From assembly GCA_014905635.1 (NCBI GenBank), contig JABVCE010000004.1:248001-312000 (forward strand): a stretch of DNA of 64,000 bases. Direction: 5' to 3'. The notes under the pieces were generated by a model, which saw only the letters and a program-made list of their open reading frames with translations, searched no databases and had not been told where the DNA came from. This document shows, piece after piece, positions 1 through 11,416 of this stretch. The position numbers were made by a program, and so were the translations under genes. The stretch's first letter is position 1. Every line of letters begins with the position of its first letter. The DNA comes from Scenedesmus sp. PABB004. Lineage: Eukaryota.

Positions 1-685
1 CGCCGGCACCGCGCTGACCGGGTCGACGAGCAGCGGCGGCTCGAGCGCGGTCAACACGCTGCACGCGACGCTGCTGAGCGCGATACCCTACTTCTGCGCC
101 GGCCTGGCCATGGTCGCCAACGCCTGGAGCGCCAACCGCCTGCGTGAGCGCACGCTGCACGTCGCGCTGCCGTGCATCTTTGGCGGCGTCGTGCTCGCCT
201 GCTTCGAGCCCCTCTACCGCGCCGCCTTTGTCGCGGGGTTTGTCGTCATCGTCATCGCCATCTCAAGCGCCTACAGCGGCCAGAGCGTCATGTTTGCGCG
301 CGTCGCGGGTGCGGGGCCGCCGCGCTGCGCCGCGCCGCGCCGCGCGACGCCCACACGCTGCCCGCGCTCACGCCACGCTTGCGCCGCGCGCCCCACGCCG
401 CGCCGCCTGCCCGGCGCAGACCTGCTGGACACGGAGCACGCGGGCGTGGGACTCGCGATCTTCAATGCCGTCGGCGCGGCGGGCGGGGGCTTTGCGGGGC
501 CGTGGATCGTGGGCGCGTTTGTGCAGCGCAGGGGGAGCTTTGTGCAGGCGATGGTCTTCATGGGCATGTTCCTGCTCGCCGCGGGCCTGCTGCTCGCGGG
601 GTACGCGCTGCTGTTCGAGCAGCGCCCGCGCTGGCAGGCCGCGCGCGCGCGCGCCGCGGCCAAGGCCGGCGCGGGCGCGGCGTGA
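1..685 (+). CDS. MFS transporter (anion:cation symporter-like), 3' part; 5' end outside window
   Basis: TM helices SAIPYFCAGLAMVANAWSANRLRERTLHVALP and AGVGLAIFNAVGAAGGGFAGPWIVG; in-frame GT-AG intron 309-419; TGA 683-685. Confidence 0.8.
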   Translation, partial: AGTALTGSTSSGGSSAVNTLHATLLSAIPYFCAGLAMVANAWSANRLRERTLHVALPCIFGGVVLACFEPLYRAAFVAGFVVIVIAISSAYSGQSVMFARVAGAGPPRCAAPRRATPTRCPRSRHACAARPTPRRLPGADLLDTEHAGVGLAIFNAVGAAGGGFAGPWIVGAFVQRRGSFVQAMVFMGMFLLAAGLLLAGYALLFEQRPRWQAARARAAAKAGAGAA

Positions 686-1401
686 ACCGGCGCGGCGCGC
701 GCGGCGCGCGGGGGGCGGCGCACTGCCAGGCGGCGCAGCGCACTGCCTGCCAAATCCTTCCCTATCGCATGCGCGCGGCCGTGCGACCTGGGGTGAGCAG
801 GTCAACTGCACGCGCCCAGGTTGACTTAGCCGGCAACACACTGCATTGTTGTTGGCTGCGCCCTCCCCGGCATTGATCGTTGGCGTGACTGCGTGCTGCA
901 AGCGGCACAACTCCCTGCTGCTCGTTGGTCTGGCAGAGGCAGGAACCAAGCGGTTGGGTGCTCTGCCGAAGGACAATCTGTATCAATTTGCACTAACGCA
1001 CCATTCGTCGTCGCCGGGCGGCGCGGGCGCCGGCACGCCTGCTGCCCGCCGGCGCGGGGCGGAGGGCTGCCAGCGACGCGGCTGGCTGCGCGCGGCGGAG
1101 CGGCCGCCGCCGATGCGGCTGCCCGCGCGGCGCGCCCCACGCGCGGCGGCGGTTGCCCAGGGGGCGGGGGGGGGGGTGCAGTTGTTCCGGCGCCACACGG
1201 CGCGTGAGACCGAGGCTGGTTTGTGCGCGCGTGATGATGGCAGGGCAGCCGTGCTGCCCTGCCACGATGCCAACTTGCATATGTGGCTGCGATCGTGGCG
1301 GCTGGGCTGGGCGCCACCTGTCTTCTCTCTCTGTTTGGGCCCTGGTGGGGGCGGGGCGCGTGCGTTGCGCAAACCCATTATTTAAATACGGGTGAACCTC
1401 G

Positions 1402-4400
1402 TCACCGCCCCCAGAGCCTCCAGCCGCGCGCCTCGGGCGACATTGCGCTGCCGCCGCCGCTGCCGCCGTCGGCGCCCCCGCTCGCGGCCGGCCCGGCGGG
1501 CGGTGCGGGCTGGCGCTTGGATGCCTTGGCGAACGCCTCGCGGCACAGCAGCGACACGTCCGCCGCCTGCGGCTTGGTGATGCCGGGCCTGCGCACGCGC
1601 GGCCCCGGGCGGGGCGGCGGCCGCGCGTCGGCGTCGCCGCGACGCGGCGGCGCACAGCTCCTGTCGGCGTGCGCGCGCGCGGGCAGGCGCCGCCGGCCGG
1701 GCGCGGCGCGGCCGCCGTGGCTGGGCCCCGCCCCACCCCACCTCACCTTGCCGCGACGAGCCGCTCCACCATGGCCGGCGTGACCGCGGGGCAGACCTCC
1801 AGCACGCACGCGTACGCCGCGACGAGCGCGTCGGGCTGGCGGCTGTCCAGCAGCTCGCGCAGCGACGACAGCTGCCGCGTGCGCGCCGCCAGCTTGTCCG
1901 GCGCGACGTACGGCTCGAAGAACAGCTGCGCCCCGGCCGACGCAGGCGCGGCGCGGCGGGCGCGTCGGCGCGCGGCGGGCCAGGAGGCGCGCGGCGGGCC
2001 TGGAGGCGCGGGGCCTTGCGCACGGCGCGGCGCGGCGCGGCGCGGCACCGCGCCGCGCCGCGCGGCCGCGCCTGCACGTCGCGCTCGTCCTGGACCAGCC
2101 GCGACAGCACCAGGTCCTCGACGTCGCCCCCGCCCCCCGCGGCGGCGCCGCCCTTGGCGGCGGCGCCGCCGAGGCCGAGCGCCGCGGCGGCGGCGGCGGG
2201 GCCGCGGTCAAACGCGCCGACCGCGCCGCTCGCCGCGCGCCGCACGTGCTCCTCCAGCACGCCCTCGGCCACGCGGCGCGCGAAGCCGCGCTCCACAAAG
2301 GTGGTCACGTCGCCAAAGTAGTCTGACACGGGTGGCACAGCGGCACCGCGGCGGCGGCGGCGGCGGCGGCGCCGCAGGTCACGCGGCGCAGGTCGCGCGC
2401 GCGCGCGCGCGCGCGGGGCCGAGCGGCGCCGCGCCCGCGCACGCACCTCCCAGCGTGGCGAGGATGGTGGCGGTGGCCTTGCCGCTGAGCCAGTCGGGGC
2501 ACGCGTACATGCGGCGCCACTGGTCGGCCAGGCCTGCGCGGCAGCGCGGCGGCGCGGCAGCGCCGCTCGGCCGGGCGCGCCCAGCCTCCCGCGCGCGGGC
2601 CGGCTGCGCGGCGCCGCCCGAGCGCCAGCTGTGGAAGATGCGAAGCTCCTGGCGCCGCCGCGCACCTGCATCGCTGAACATCATGCCCACCAGCCGCGCC
2701 GCCCAGGCCTTGGCGAGCTCCAGGAACGCGCGGCAGGTGTCCTCCACGTCCAGCTGCGCGCGGAAGCCCTCCTCCAGCAGCGACTGCGGCACGGCGGCGA
2801 CGCGGGGCGGCGTGCTCAGAGCTCGCGCGTGCGCGTGTGCGGCGGGGCGCCGCGGCGCGCCGTGCTGCGGCGCGCGCCTGCACGTGCTCCGTGAACTGCA
2901 GGCTCTGGCTGTAGCAGTCCAGGGCGTTGTTGAGGAGCGCGCAGACCATCTCAAAGCTCAGCTCGGCCGGGCCAGCGCCGCCGGCGTCGCCCGCCTTTGC
3001 CGGCTTGGCGCCCGCCGCGGCCGGCCGGTCGCCCGCGACGGCGGCCGCAACGCCGCCAGGCTGCAGCAGGCGCGCCTGCGCCTCCACAAACGCCCGCATC
3101 AGCGCCAGGCACCGCCCCGCCGCCGCGAGCAGCACCTCGCCGCGCGACACCTCCTCAATCACCGACACCTGTGGCGCGCGCGCCGCGGGGCGCGGCCGGG
3201 GCGCGGTGGGCGGGCGGGCTGGCGCCGCGGCCCGCGGCCCGCGGCCTGCGCGCTGCGGCAGCCTGCCCGTCGCAGCATCGTTTAGGGCCATGCCCGGGGT
3301 TTAAAAAGAGCCCGACCGCCGCCTGCCACACCTGCTCGTTGAGCATGCGGAAGAAGTCAACCACGCCCGGCGTGCGCAGCGTGCCGTCCGCCATCTGCTG
3401 CGGCTGGCCCGCCAGGTCCTGCGGCCGCGCGCGCGCACGCGCGCGCGCGCGCAGGGCTCGGGCCGCAGCACAGCACGGCGCGGCGCGGCGCGGCGCCGAG
3501 CGCGCGCCCTCGCTGTGCTGCGTGCTGCGTGCTGCGTGCTGCGTGCTGTGTGCTGCGTGCTGCGTGCTGCGTGCTGTGCTGCATCACCTGCGCGAGTATG
3601 GCCTTGAACCACGCGGTCATGGTTCCCTCCATGCGCTCAGTGTAGGAGTCCAGCAGCTGCGCAAAGCCCGGCTGGTCGCCTCCGCGCGCCGCGAGCGGCG
3701 CCACCGGCAGCCGCACGAGCTCCTACGGCACGGCACCGCGGCTCGGGGGCGCACCGCCCCCGCCGGCGCGCGCGCGGCTCTCGCGCTCACGCGCGCGCGC
3801 GCCCGCTCCGCGCGCCGCACCTCCTGCACGCCCAGACCGCGCAGGGTGGCCTGGTACCCGCAGACCCACTGCATCAGCCGCAGCTGCCCGCCCGTCGACA
3901 GCGCCGACGCGACCTGGCCCACCGCGTCCATCGCCTGCGGCGCCGCGCGTGGCGTGCGGGGGCCCGGCGCTCGAGCCCGGCCCGCCGCGGCGCGCGCGGG
4001 GCGCCCGGCCCGTGCCCGGCCCTGCCAGCCCGCCGCGGCGGCGGCCGTCCGCGGCGGCGGCGGCGTTTGAATCGGCCGCACCTGCGCAAACTGGACGTGG
4101 TACATTTGAAAGACCGCGTCAAACACGGCGTAGTGCGGCGGGAAGCAGGGCGCGACGTAGTCGTACGCCTCCGCCAGCTCTCCCTCCAGCGCGCACAGGC
4201 CCTGCGCGCGCGCAGGCCCGCGCCGACGCGGCGGCAGGTGTCGCGCGCGGCGGCGCGGCGCGGCGGCAGCGCGCGCGTGGCGCGGCGGCTGCGGGCGCGC
4301 CGATGCTGCGGCGGCGCCCCCGCGCGGCACGCACGCCGAGCAGCGTCTCCAGCCACACGTCCTCGTCAAACACCTCCTGCTCCCGGATCTGCGCGCCGCG

Positions 4401-6771
4401 GCACAGCACAGCACAGCACGGCGGGGGCGGGGAGGCGTGCGGCACGCCCTCAGCGCGGCGGCGCGCCCTCCGCCCCTCCTCGCCCCTCCTCGCGCCCCCG
4501 CGCCGGCCCTTCCTCGCGCCGCGCCGCGCCGCGCCTGGATGAGCGCGAGCTCCTCGTCCGTCGCGCCCGGCAGGGGCCGGCCGGCGTCGTCGGCGCGCGT
4601 CACGTCGGTCAGCGCGCCCAGGTAGTCCCGCGCCTCGGCCAGCACGCGGTTGCCGTCCTGGTCGTACTTCACCTGGCGCCACGATGGGGCGGCGCGGAGC
4701 GGGCAGCGGCGAGTGCGCGGGCGAGAGAGGGAGGGAGGGAGGGAGGGAGGGAGGGAGGAGGGAGGGAGGGAGGGAGGGAGGGAGGGAGGGAGGAGGGAGG
4801 GAGGGAGGGAGGGAGGCGCGCGGGCGAGGGAGGGAGGGCAGGCGCGGAGGGCAGGCGCGGGGGAAGGGAGGGCGAGCGCGGCGCGGCGCGGCGCGGCGCA
4901 GGCCGCGCCTTGGCGTTGGGCGTGCCGTGCGCGCCGCACAGCGCGAGCAGCGGCGCGAAGCGCGACGCCGCGGCGGCCTCCATCTCCAGCAGCAGGCGCT
5001 CGCGGTAGTGGCGGCGGGACACGTAGGTCGCCTTGGTCGCGGCGTAGTGCGCGTCCATCTGTGTGGTGTGCGTGTGTGTGCGTGTGCACGTGTTTGCGTG
5101 TGTGTGCGTGTGCGTGCGTGTTCGGGGAGAGAGTGTGAAACGGGCGGGCGCGCGCGCGCGCGCGCAGGCAGGCCGGGCCCGGCGCGCTGCACGCTGCGGC
5201 CGGCGCGCCTGCTCCTGCATCTCCACCACGCGCGCGACGTCGACGAGCACGCGCGGGTTGGTCTGCGCCAGGCCATGGTAGTCGCGCACGAGCGCCCACA
5301 GCCGGCCCTCAAACGCCGCCATCGCGTCACCGACCTGCGCGCGCGCGCGGGGGCACGCGTGGGCGGCGTGTGCGACGGGCGCGTGCGTGCGACGCGCGGG
5401 CGCGGCCGCGGGCGCGGCCGCGGGCGCGGCGCGGCGCGGCCAGGCGGCCCGCGCCTGCGTGAGGTACTGCGAAAGCTCGCCCAGTTCTGCCGCCTTGCGC
5501 GCGTTGCTGCGGCGGCGGGCGCGCGCGCGTGGCGTGCGCGCGCGGCGTCGGCGTCCGCCGCGGCCCCGGCGGCGCCCCGCGCGCGGGCCCGCGGCGCCAG
5601 GCGGGCCGCGAGAGCGCGCCGCGCGGCGCGTGCCGCACCGCCGCCAGGCCTCCTTGATGTTGGTGGCCGTGCCCTCCAGCACCGTCAGCCCCTCAAACGC
5701 AGGCACCAGCTCCGCGTCGCCTGCGAGCGGGCGGGCGGGCAGCGGCGCGCCCGGCCGTGGCGCCGGGCGCACGCAGGCGCCGGGGCGGGGCCCCGCCTCC
5801 CGCCACAACCGCCTCGCGCGATCTCCCGCCGCCGCCGCCGCGTCCTGCCGCCGCCGCGCCTGCCGCGAGCAGCTCCTCCACCGCCGCCGCGCGCAGCGGC
5901 AGGTCTATGATGTCCCCGAGCTCCTCCAGCACCTGCGCGCGCGACAGCACCGGCAGCGCCGACGCGGGGCGCCGGGCGAAGTGAGCGGCGGGGGAGGAGG
6001 CGCGGGCCGGCGCCGCGGCGCGCGGCGCCGCGGAGCGGAGCGTGTCCCGCGCGCCTGCGCCACGTTGCGGTGCGCGTGGCTGAGGGCCCTGATTTTGTCA
6101 TGGTTCTCCACCAGCGTGGCGCACTCGCCGCACAGCCTGCGCGCGGCCGCCGCGGCGGCGGGCGGTCGTCAGGCCCGCGCGCGCGGGGCGTCGCGGGCGT
6201 TGCATGGCGCTCAGGGGCGCAGCGCTCAAGGGGCGCACGCACGCGTCGATGTGATCGATGCACATGCGCAGCTTGGCGATGTGGCGGTGGCTCTTGTCCA
6301 GCAGCTGCAGCCCGTAGCGCGCGGCCTCAACCTGCGCCGCCGCGGCGCGCGGCGCGCGGCGTCGCCGGCCGCGGCGCTGCTGCGCACCGCGCGCAGCGCC
6401 GGCCGCGCTGCTGCGCCGCGCGCCCCGCCGCCGCCGCGGGGGCACCTGCGACGCCGTGCTCGCGCTCAGCGCGGTGCGCGCGCCGTGCAGCTTGCTGGCG
6501 ACCTCGGCGCGCAGCTGCTCGAGCCGGCCCAGGTCCTCCGGCGCCGCGAGCAGGCGGCACACATCGGCGATGCCAGCCTCGCGCGCCTCGATCGCCTGCG
6601 CGCGCAGTGCGTGCGCGTGGGCGCCGTGTGCGTGCTGGCGCTGCCGCGGGCGCGCTGCTGCCGCCGCCGCGTGCGCGGCGGGCGTGGACGCGCCTGCTGC
6701 CCGATCGCCACGCCGGCCTGCCCCGCGTCGCCCAGGCCCGCCGCCTTGGCGGCGCTCTCGCTGCGCCGCAT
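1402..6771 (-). CDS. SEC6: Exocyst complex component SEC6/EXOC3, about 21 exons
   Basis: Spliced exons give AIEAREAGIADVCRLLAAPEDL, LCGECATLVENHDKIRALSHAHRNV, YDYVAPCFPPHYAVFD, TPGVVDFFRMLNEQV, CALLNNALDCY, matching plant SEC6; ATG 6771, TGA 1404-1402. Confidence 0.92.
3512..3582. repeat. (GCGTGCT)n heptamer tandem repeat in a SEC6 intron
   Basis: About 10 near-perfect units seen directly. Confidence 0.9.
4727..4838. repeat. (GGGA)n microsatellite in a SEC6 intron
   Basis: Purine-rich GGGA/GGA tract seen directly. Confidence 0.9.
5060..5121. repeat. (TG/CG)n microsatellite in a SEC6 intron
   Basis: Alternating purine-pyrimidine tract next to the acceptor. Confidence 0.8.
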
Positions 6772-7484
6772 GGCGCCGCCGCGGCGACCGACGCTGGCGG
6801 TGGGGCGTCACCCCCCTGGCGCCATGGCGTCCACCGCCGCGCACGCCGCGCGCCGCGCCCACGTCCGTCGACCAACGCTGCGCTGCTGCTGCGTCGTCGG
6901 TTGGCGGCGGGAGGTGGGCGCCGCGCCGCACGCCGGCTCCCGGACGCGAGGGCACAGAGCAGAGCACCGAGCGGCGAGGGGGCGTGAAGCGCCGGGCGGC
7001 GATCAGGGCACGGCGCGGCGCAGAGCGCAGCGGCGGAGCGGCTGCGGCACGGCGTGTGCTGGGGCGTGGCGGGATCGGGCGCGGCGGGAGCTGGGAACGC
7101 CCGACGCCGGGACAGCGGCCGCGGGGTATTGAGCGTTGCGCCGCCGCCGCCGCGACAGAAGAACGCGCCGCCACTGCCGCCCCCGGCGCAGTGCTCGCTC
7201 CGCTCTCCTGCGCCGGGCGTGAACCTCGCCCGCCTCCGGACACCTCGAAGCGGCCGTCCGCCCAGCCAGCCGCGCCGCGCGCCGCCCGTCGCTGCTGTTT
7301 GCCCGAGCCGCCGCCGCCGCGTGCGCAGCAGCCGCAGCCAGGCCCCACCCCCGCGGCCGGGGCATTCCACGCGTCTCGCCCAGGCGACCGCCGCTCAGCG
7401 CTGCAGCAGCCGGCAGCCGGCGCGGCAGCGGCAGCAGCAGCAGCGGCGGCCGCCGCCGGCGGCGCCGGCGCTCGCGCGGCGGCC

Positions 7485-9085
7485 ATGGCGGCGCGGCACA
7501 CGCGGATCGGCGCCTTGGCATCGCAGCCGGTGGACAGCGACGACGACGAGGTGGTGGCGGAGCTGGACGTGGTGGTCAGCAACGAGCTGGCGGAGCACGC
7601 GATGCAGCTGGTGATGCTGCAGCAGCCCCTGCGCCCGACCTGGCGGCCGTACGAGACCGAGCACCCGGGTGCGCGCGGCGCGGCGCGGCGCGGCGCGGCG
7701 CACGCACGGCCGCGCTGCGGACCATGCGGCGGTGCGGCGCGTGGGGCGCCGCGTCGACGCTGTCCGCACATCCGCGCGGCGCAGACGCGGCGGCGCGCTT
7801 CAAGCCGCAGGCGCGGCGGCTGGAGCTGTCGCTGCCGCTGGACACGTCGGCCGACACGTATGGCGTGCCGCCGGACGGCGCGCGCGCGATCACGGCGCTG
7901 GACCTGCGCTCGACGCCCGTGGAGCCGTGCGAGGGCGCGGCGCACGCAGTCGGCGTGGTGCGCGACGGGCGGCTGGTGCTCGTCCCGCTGGACTATGCTC
8001 TGCAGCTGCGCCCCGACATGGCGTCCATGGCGGCAGACCCCGCGCGGCGGCGCGAGGGCGAGGCGAGCGAGGACGACGAGGGCGGCGACGGCGGCCTGAC
8101 GGCGGTCGAGGTCACCGTGAAGCGGCGCGAGACGGAGCGGCAGCAGGCGGCGCGGCTCAAGTCGTTCAGCCACCTGCAGCAGGAGGAGCAGGCGGAGGCG
8201 TGGGTCCCGCTGCAGCTGCACGCGCCCGACAGCGAGACCGCCGACGCGCTGTGGCAGACCGTGCTCAGCGCGCCCGACGACGGCCCCGCCGCGGCGGCCG
8301 CAGCGGCGGCGGCCAACGGCGGCGCGGGCTCGAGCGCGGCGGCCGCGGTGGGCGGCGGCGGCGGCGCGCGCGCGATGCCGGCGCCGCTGAGCCGCACGGC
8401 GTACCTGCGCGCCTTTGTCCCGACGCTCAACGGCGCGGCGGTGCTCGCGGCGGGTGACGCGGCGGACGACGACGGCGACGCGCTGTTTGCCGGCGGCGGC
8501 CCCGGCGCCGGCGCCGGCGCGCTGCCGGGGCACCACGGCGACGCGGTCTCGCCCGACATGGCCGCGGCGGTGGAGGCGGCGGTCAAGTCGCTGGTGGAGC
8601 GCCACCCCGTCGTGTCCATGGCCAACGTGCGGCAGTGGCTGCAGCAGCAGGCCGCGACCGCGCCGCTCGCCCGCGCAGCCGCGCAGCTGAGCGACCCGGT
8701 GCTGGACGGCCTGCTGGTGAGCACGGGGCACGTGGAGGCGATGCAGCGCGCGTATGTCGCGACGACGGGCACGCACCCGCCGGCGGAGCCGATGCGCCAG
8801 GTGCGGGCACGCGCGGGCGCGCCCACGGCGGCGCCGGCAGCGGCGCGCTGGCAGCGCCGCGCCCGTCCCTCCCCGCGCCGCGTGGGCGCCCGATGCCGCC
8901 GCCGCCGCGCGCAGGTGGTGCTCGAGCTGCTGCGCGTGCAGACGACCGTGCGCAAGGGCGACGTCGTCCGCGCCGCGGCGGCGGCGGGGCTGGAGGCGGT
9001 GGAGGCGCACTACCAGCGCGTCATGCGGGAGCTGTGCACCAACATCGGCAACCACTGGCAGCTGCGCTCCAGCGCCGACATGTGA
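7485..9085 (+). CDS. RPC5: RNA polymerase III subunit RPC5 (Sin-like); exons 7485-7668, 7785-8800, 8915-9085
   Basis: DDEVVAELDVVV..LVMLQQPLRPTWRPY..ARFKPQARRLELSLPLD..AVGVVRDGRLVLVPLDYALQLRP; GT-AG introns restore the frame. Confidence 0.88.
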
Positions 9086-9624
9086 CGCGCGACGTGCGCG
9101 TGCGGCGGGCGCGGGGCGGTCGTTGGGCGCTGCAGCGCGTCGAGCGATCGCGGCGGCGCGCTGCTGCGCCGGAGCTCAGCGGCAGGTTAACCTGCCGCAG
9201 GCCCTCCCCGCCCCCCGCCCGGCCCGCCCAACCGGCCCGCCCATCCGGCCCACACAGCCGCCCCAATCGCCCACAACTCGCTCGCGGCCGCGGCCGGCGC
9301 CAGACCGCGCCGCCCTGCGCTCACGTGCACGCGCACGTGTGTTGCCGCGTGCGCAGCGCTCCGCGCGTGCCTCTGCGCGTGCTGAGACCGAGTCACCCGC
9401 TGACGCGCCGGAACACGCGCGACCGAGCAGGGTGCGCTGCCGCAGACAGCGCCGCTGGCCGGCGGGGCGGCAGCGCGCGCCAGCGACGCTTCGCAGGCTG
9501 CCGCTGCGTCCCAAGCCGCGCACTGAGCGCGCCCGCTGCTGCCCGCCGCCCTCGCTGCCGGCGCCCCTGCCGCCGCCGCGGCCGCGAGGTCATGCGGCTG
9601 CCAGCCGCCGCGCAGAGTGCGCGA

Positions 9625-10041
9625 TCAGCCGAGCGGCGTGCTGTCGCGCCGCTCCTCCTCGCCGGCCGGGCCGCGCGCCAGGTCCTCGGCCGCGGCCCGC
9701 AGCTTGGCCAGCTGCTGCTTCTGCGCCGCGCTGAGCGAGGCGACCACGTCTGGCGCGAGAGTGCCGCTGCTGCCGCCCGGGCCGGCGCCGCTGCCGCCGC
9801 TGCTGCCGGCCGGGCCGGCGCCGCCGCCCGGGCCGCTGCCGTTGAGCGTCTCAACGTAGCGGGACCACTGGCGGCCGAATTCCTCCCACTGCGCGGGCGT
9901 GGGCTTGGCCTCCAGGTGCCGCCGCGCCTCGTGGCTCAAGAAATCGTCGGCCATCAGTCTCAGCGGCCCGGGGAGGCGCGCCCGGTGGGCGCGGCGCACC
10001 TGGCGGATGAGGGCCGCCAGGTCCGCGAAGCCCCTCGCCAT
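9625..10041 (-). CDS. SDHAF3: Succinate dehydrogenase assembly factor 3 (ACN9/Sdh7, LYR family), intronless, 138 aa
   Basis: LIRQVRRAHRARLPGPLRLMADDFLSHEARRH..FGRQWSRYVETL..LSAAQKQQLAKL follows the SDHAF3 pattern. Confidence 0.85.
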   Translation of the reverse strand: MARGFADLAALIRQVRRAHRARLPGPLRLMADDFLSHEARRHLEAKPTPAQWEEFGRQWSRYVETLNGSGPGGGAGPAGSSGGSGAGPGGSSGTLAPDVVASLSAAQKQQLAKLRAAAEDLARGPAGEEERRDSTPLG

Positions 10042-10069
10042 GGCGCCGCGGGAGCGCTCCGGTGGGTGC

Positions 10070-10267
10070 TCAGGCGGCCTTGGGGCTGGTGAGCACGCTC
10101 ATCTGCTCCTTCTCCATGTCCAGCAGCTGCGCCTCGCGGTCCATCTCGATCACCAGCGGCACCAGCAGCACCAGCAGCGTGGTGGAGGCCAGCCAGGCGG
10201 CCTTGCCGACGCTCAGGGACAGGCGCTTGGCGACGTAGCGGGCGTCGGCGAGCGTGGGCACGGCCAT
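10070..10267 (-). CDS. TOM22: Mitochondrial import receptor TOM22 (plant TOM9 type), intronless, 65 aa
   Basis: MAVPTLADARYVAKRLSLSVGKAAWLASTTLLVLLVPLVIEMDREAQL; GKAAW..TT..L.VPL.IEMDRE is the TOM22/TOM9 signature. Confidence 0.92.
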   Translation of the reverse strand: MAVPTLADARYVAKRLSLSVGKAAWLASTTLLVLLVPLVIEMDREAQLLDMEKEQMSVLTSPKAA

Positions 10268-10599
10268 GGTGCGCGCAGGGGCGGCGGCGGGCCGGCGGCG
10301 CGCGCGCGTGTGCGGCGGCGGCGGCGGCGGCGGCGCGTGCATGGGCGGCCGCGCGGCGGGTAGGCGGGCGGGCGGCGCGACGGGTCGTCGCGACGGCTGC
10401 GCGGGTCGCCGCGACGGCTGCGCGGCTGCGATCTGGCAGTCGTTCGGGCCGCGCACCGGCGGCGAGCGCACGTTACCGCCGCCGCCGCCTGCCCCGCCGC
10501 ACCCGTCGCCTCGCCCGCCGCCTTGGCTGTGGCGGCCGGTGCGCGCTGCGCCCAGGGCGGCGTGCTCTGCTCGGAGCCGGCGCCGCCGGCCGCGTGGCG

Positions 10600-10749
10600 G
10601 GCCCATGCGACCGCTGCGTGCGGCTTGGCCAATGCGCGTGGGCGTCGGGGCGCGCAGCGGCAGGGCGCCGCCAGGTCCGCGCAGCCACGCACCGCGGTGC
10701 CGTGCGGCGGGCGCCGCCATGGCGCTCCGGTCGCACCGGCCAGTGGGCC
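10600..10749. promoter_or_regulatory. Candidate TOM22 promoter: site II-like GGCCCA/TGGGCC elements and a CCAAT box
   Basis: GGCCCA 10600-10605, CCAAT 10629-10633, TGGGCC 10744-10749; short motifs in a GC-rich background. Confidence 0.35.
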
Positions 10750-10908
10750 GACGGAGAGGGCTGGGGGGCGAGCGGGCGGGCTGCCGCCGCTGCCGCTCGC
10801 GCGTCGGCGGCGCCGGCCGCCGCCGGGCTGCGCAGGGGCGCGCAGCCCGGCAAGGCGTGCCGCGCTGCGCCGCGTTGGTGGGTTGGAGCCGTGCAGTCGC
10901 CGGCACCC

Positions 10909-11237
10909 TCACTTGTGCTGTTCGCCGTGCCGCGGCTGCTGCTCGTCCGCCGCCTGCGCCGCCGCCTGCGCCCGGAAGCGGGCCAGCTTCTCGCGGTAGC
11001 GCTGCTCGTCGCGCAGCGGCCCGGCCCGCATGTTCTGCGATGCGTGCCGGCGCGGCCGGCATGTTGAGCGCGAGCGGCGGCGGCGCGCCGGCCGCCGCGT
11101 GCGCGACTGCTGCGGCGCGGCTGCTGTGCGCGCACCTCGCGCTCCTGGTGCTGGTTGTAATGAATGGCTGCCACAATGACGGCCGTGACCAGCGCCACGC
11201 GCCCGAACACGCGCGCGCCCTTGCTGCTGCCCTGCAT
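10909..11237 (-). CDS. PET117: Cytochrome c oxidase assembly factor PET117; exons 11237-11136 and 11034-10909, 75 aa
   Basis: MQGSSKGARVFGRVALVTAVIVAAIHYNQHQERE|NMRAGPLRDEQRYREK; H..Q..ER..MR.G..RD..R motif; 101-nt GT-AG intron. Confidence 0.85.
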
Positions 11238-11416
11238 CGGCGCACGCCGCCGCGCGGACGGTCGGCACGCGCCGCTGCTGCCGCTGCTGCCGCTGCTGCC
11301 GCTGCCGCCTCTGCCGCGCGCCGTGTTGGTGTTCTGAATGATTGCTCACTGGTAGCACGTGGTAGCACGCCGGTTGTGGGGTGAAAGCCCTGGGAAAAGA
11401 ACAGGTGTTCGACCGC

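Noticed and set aside
760..1400. Lower-GC stretch as a foreign insert or ncRNA
   Set aside because: Fits convergent 3' UTRs of the MFS and SEC6 genes; no RNA-gene signature seen
6098..9055. 985-aa minus ORF and many other long Arg/Ala/Pro-rich ORFs
   Set aside because: Stop-poor frames at high GC; real coding is only in spliced segments (SEC6 5' exons here, RPC5 on the other strand)
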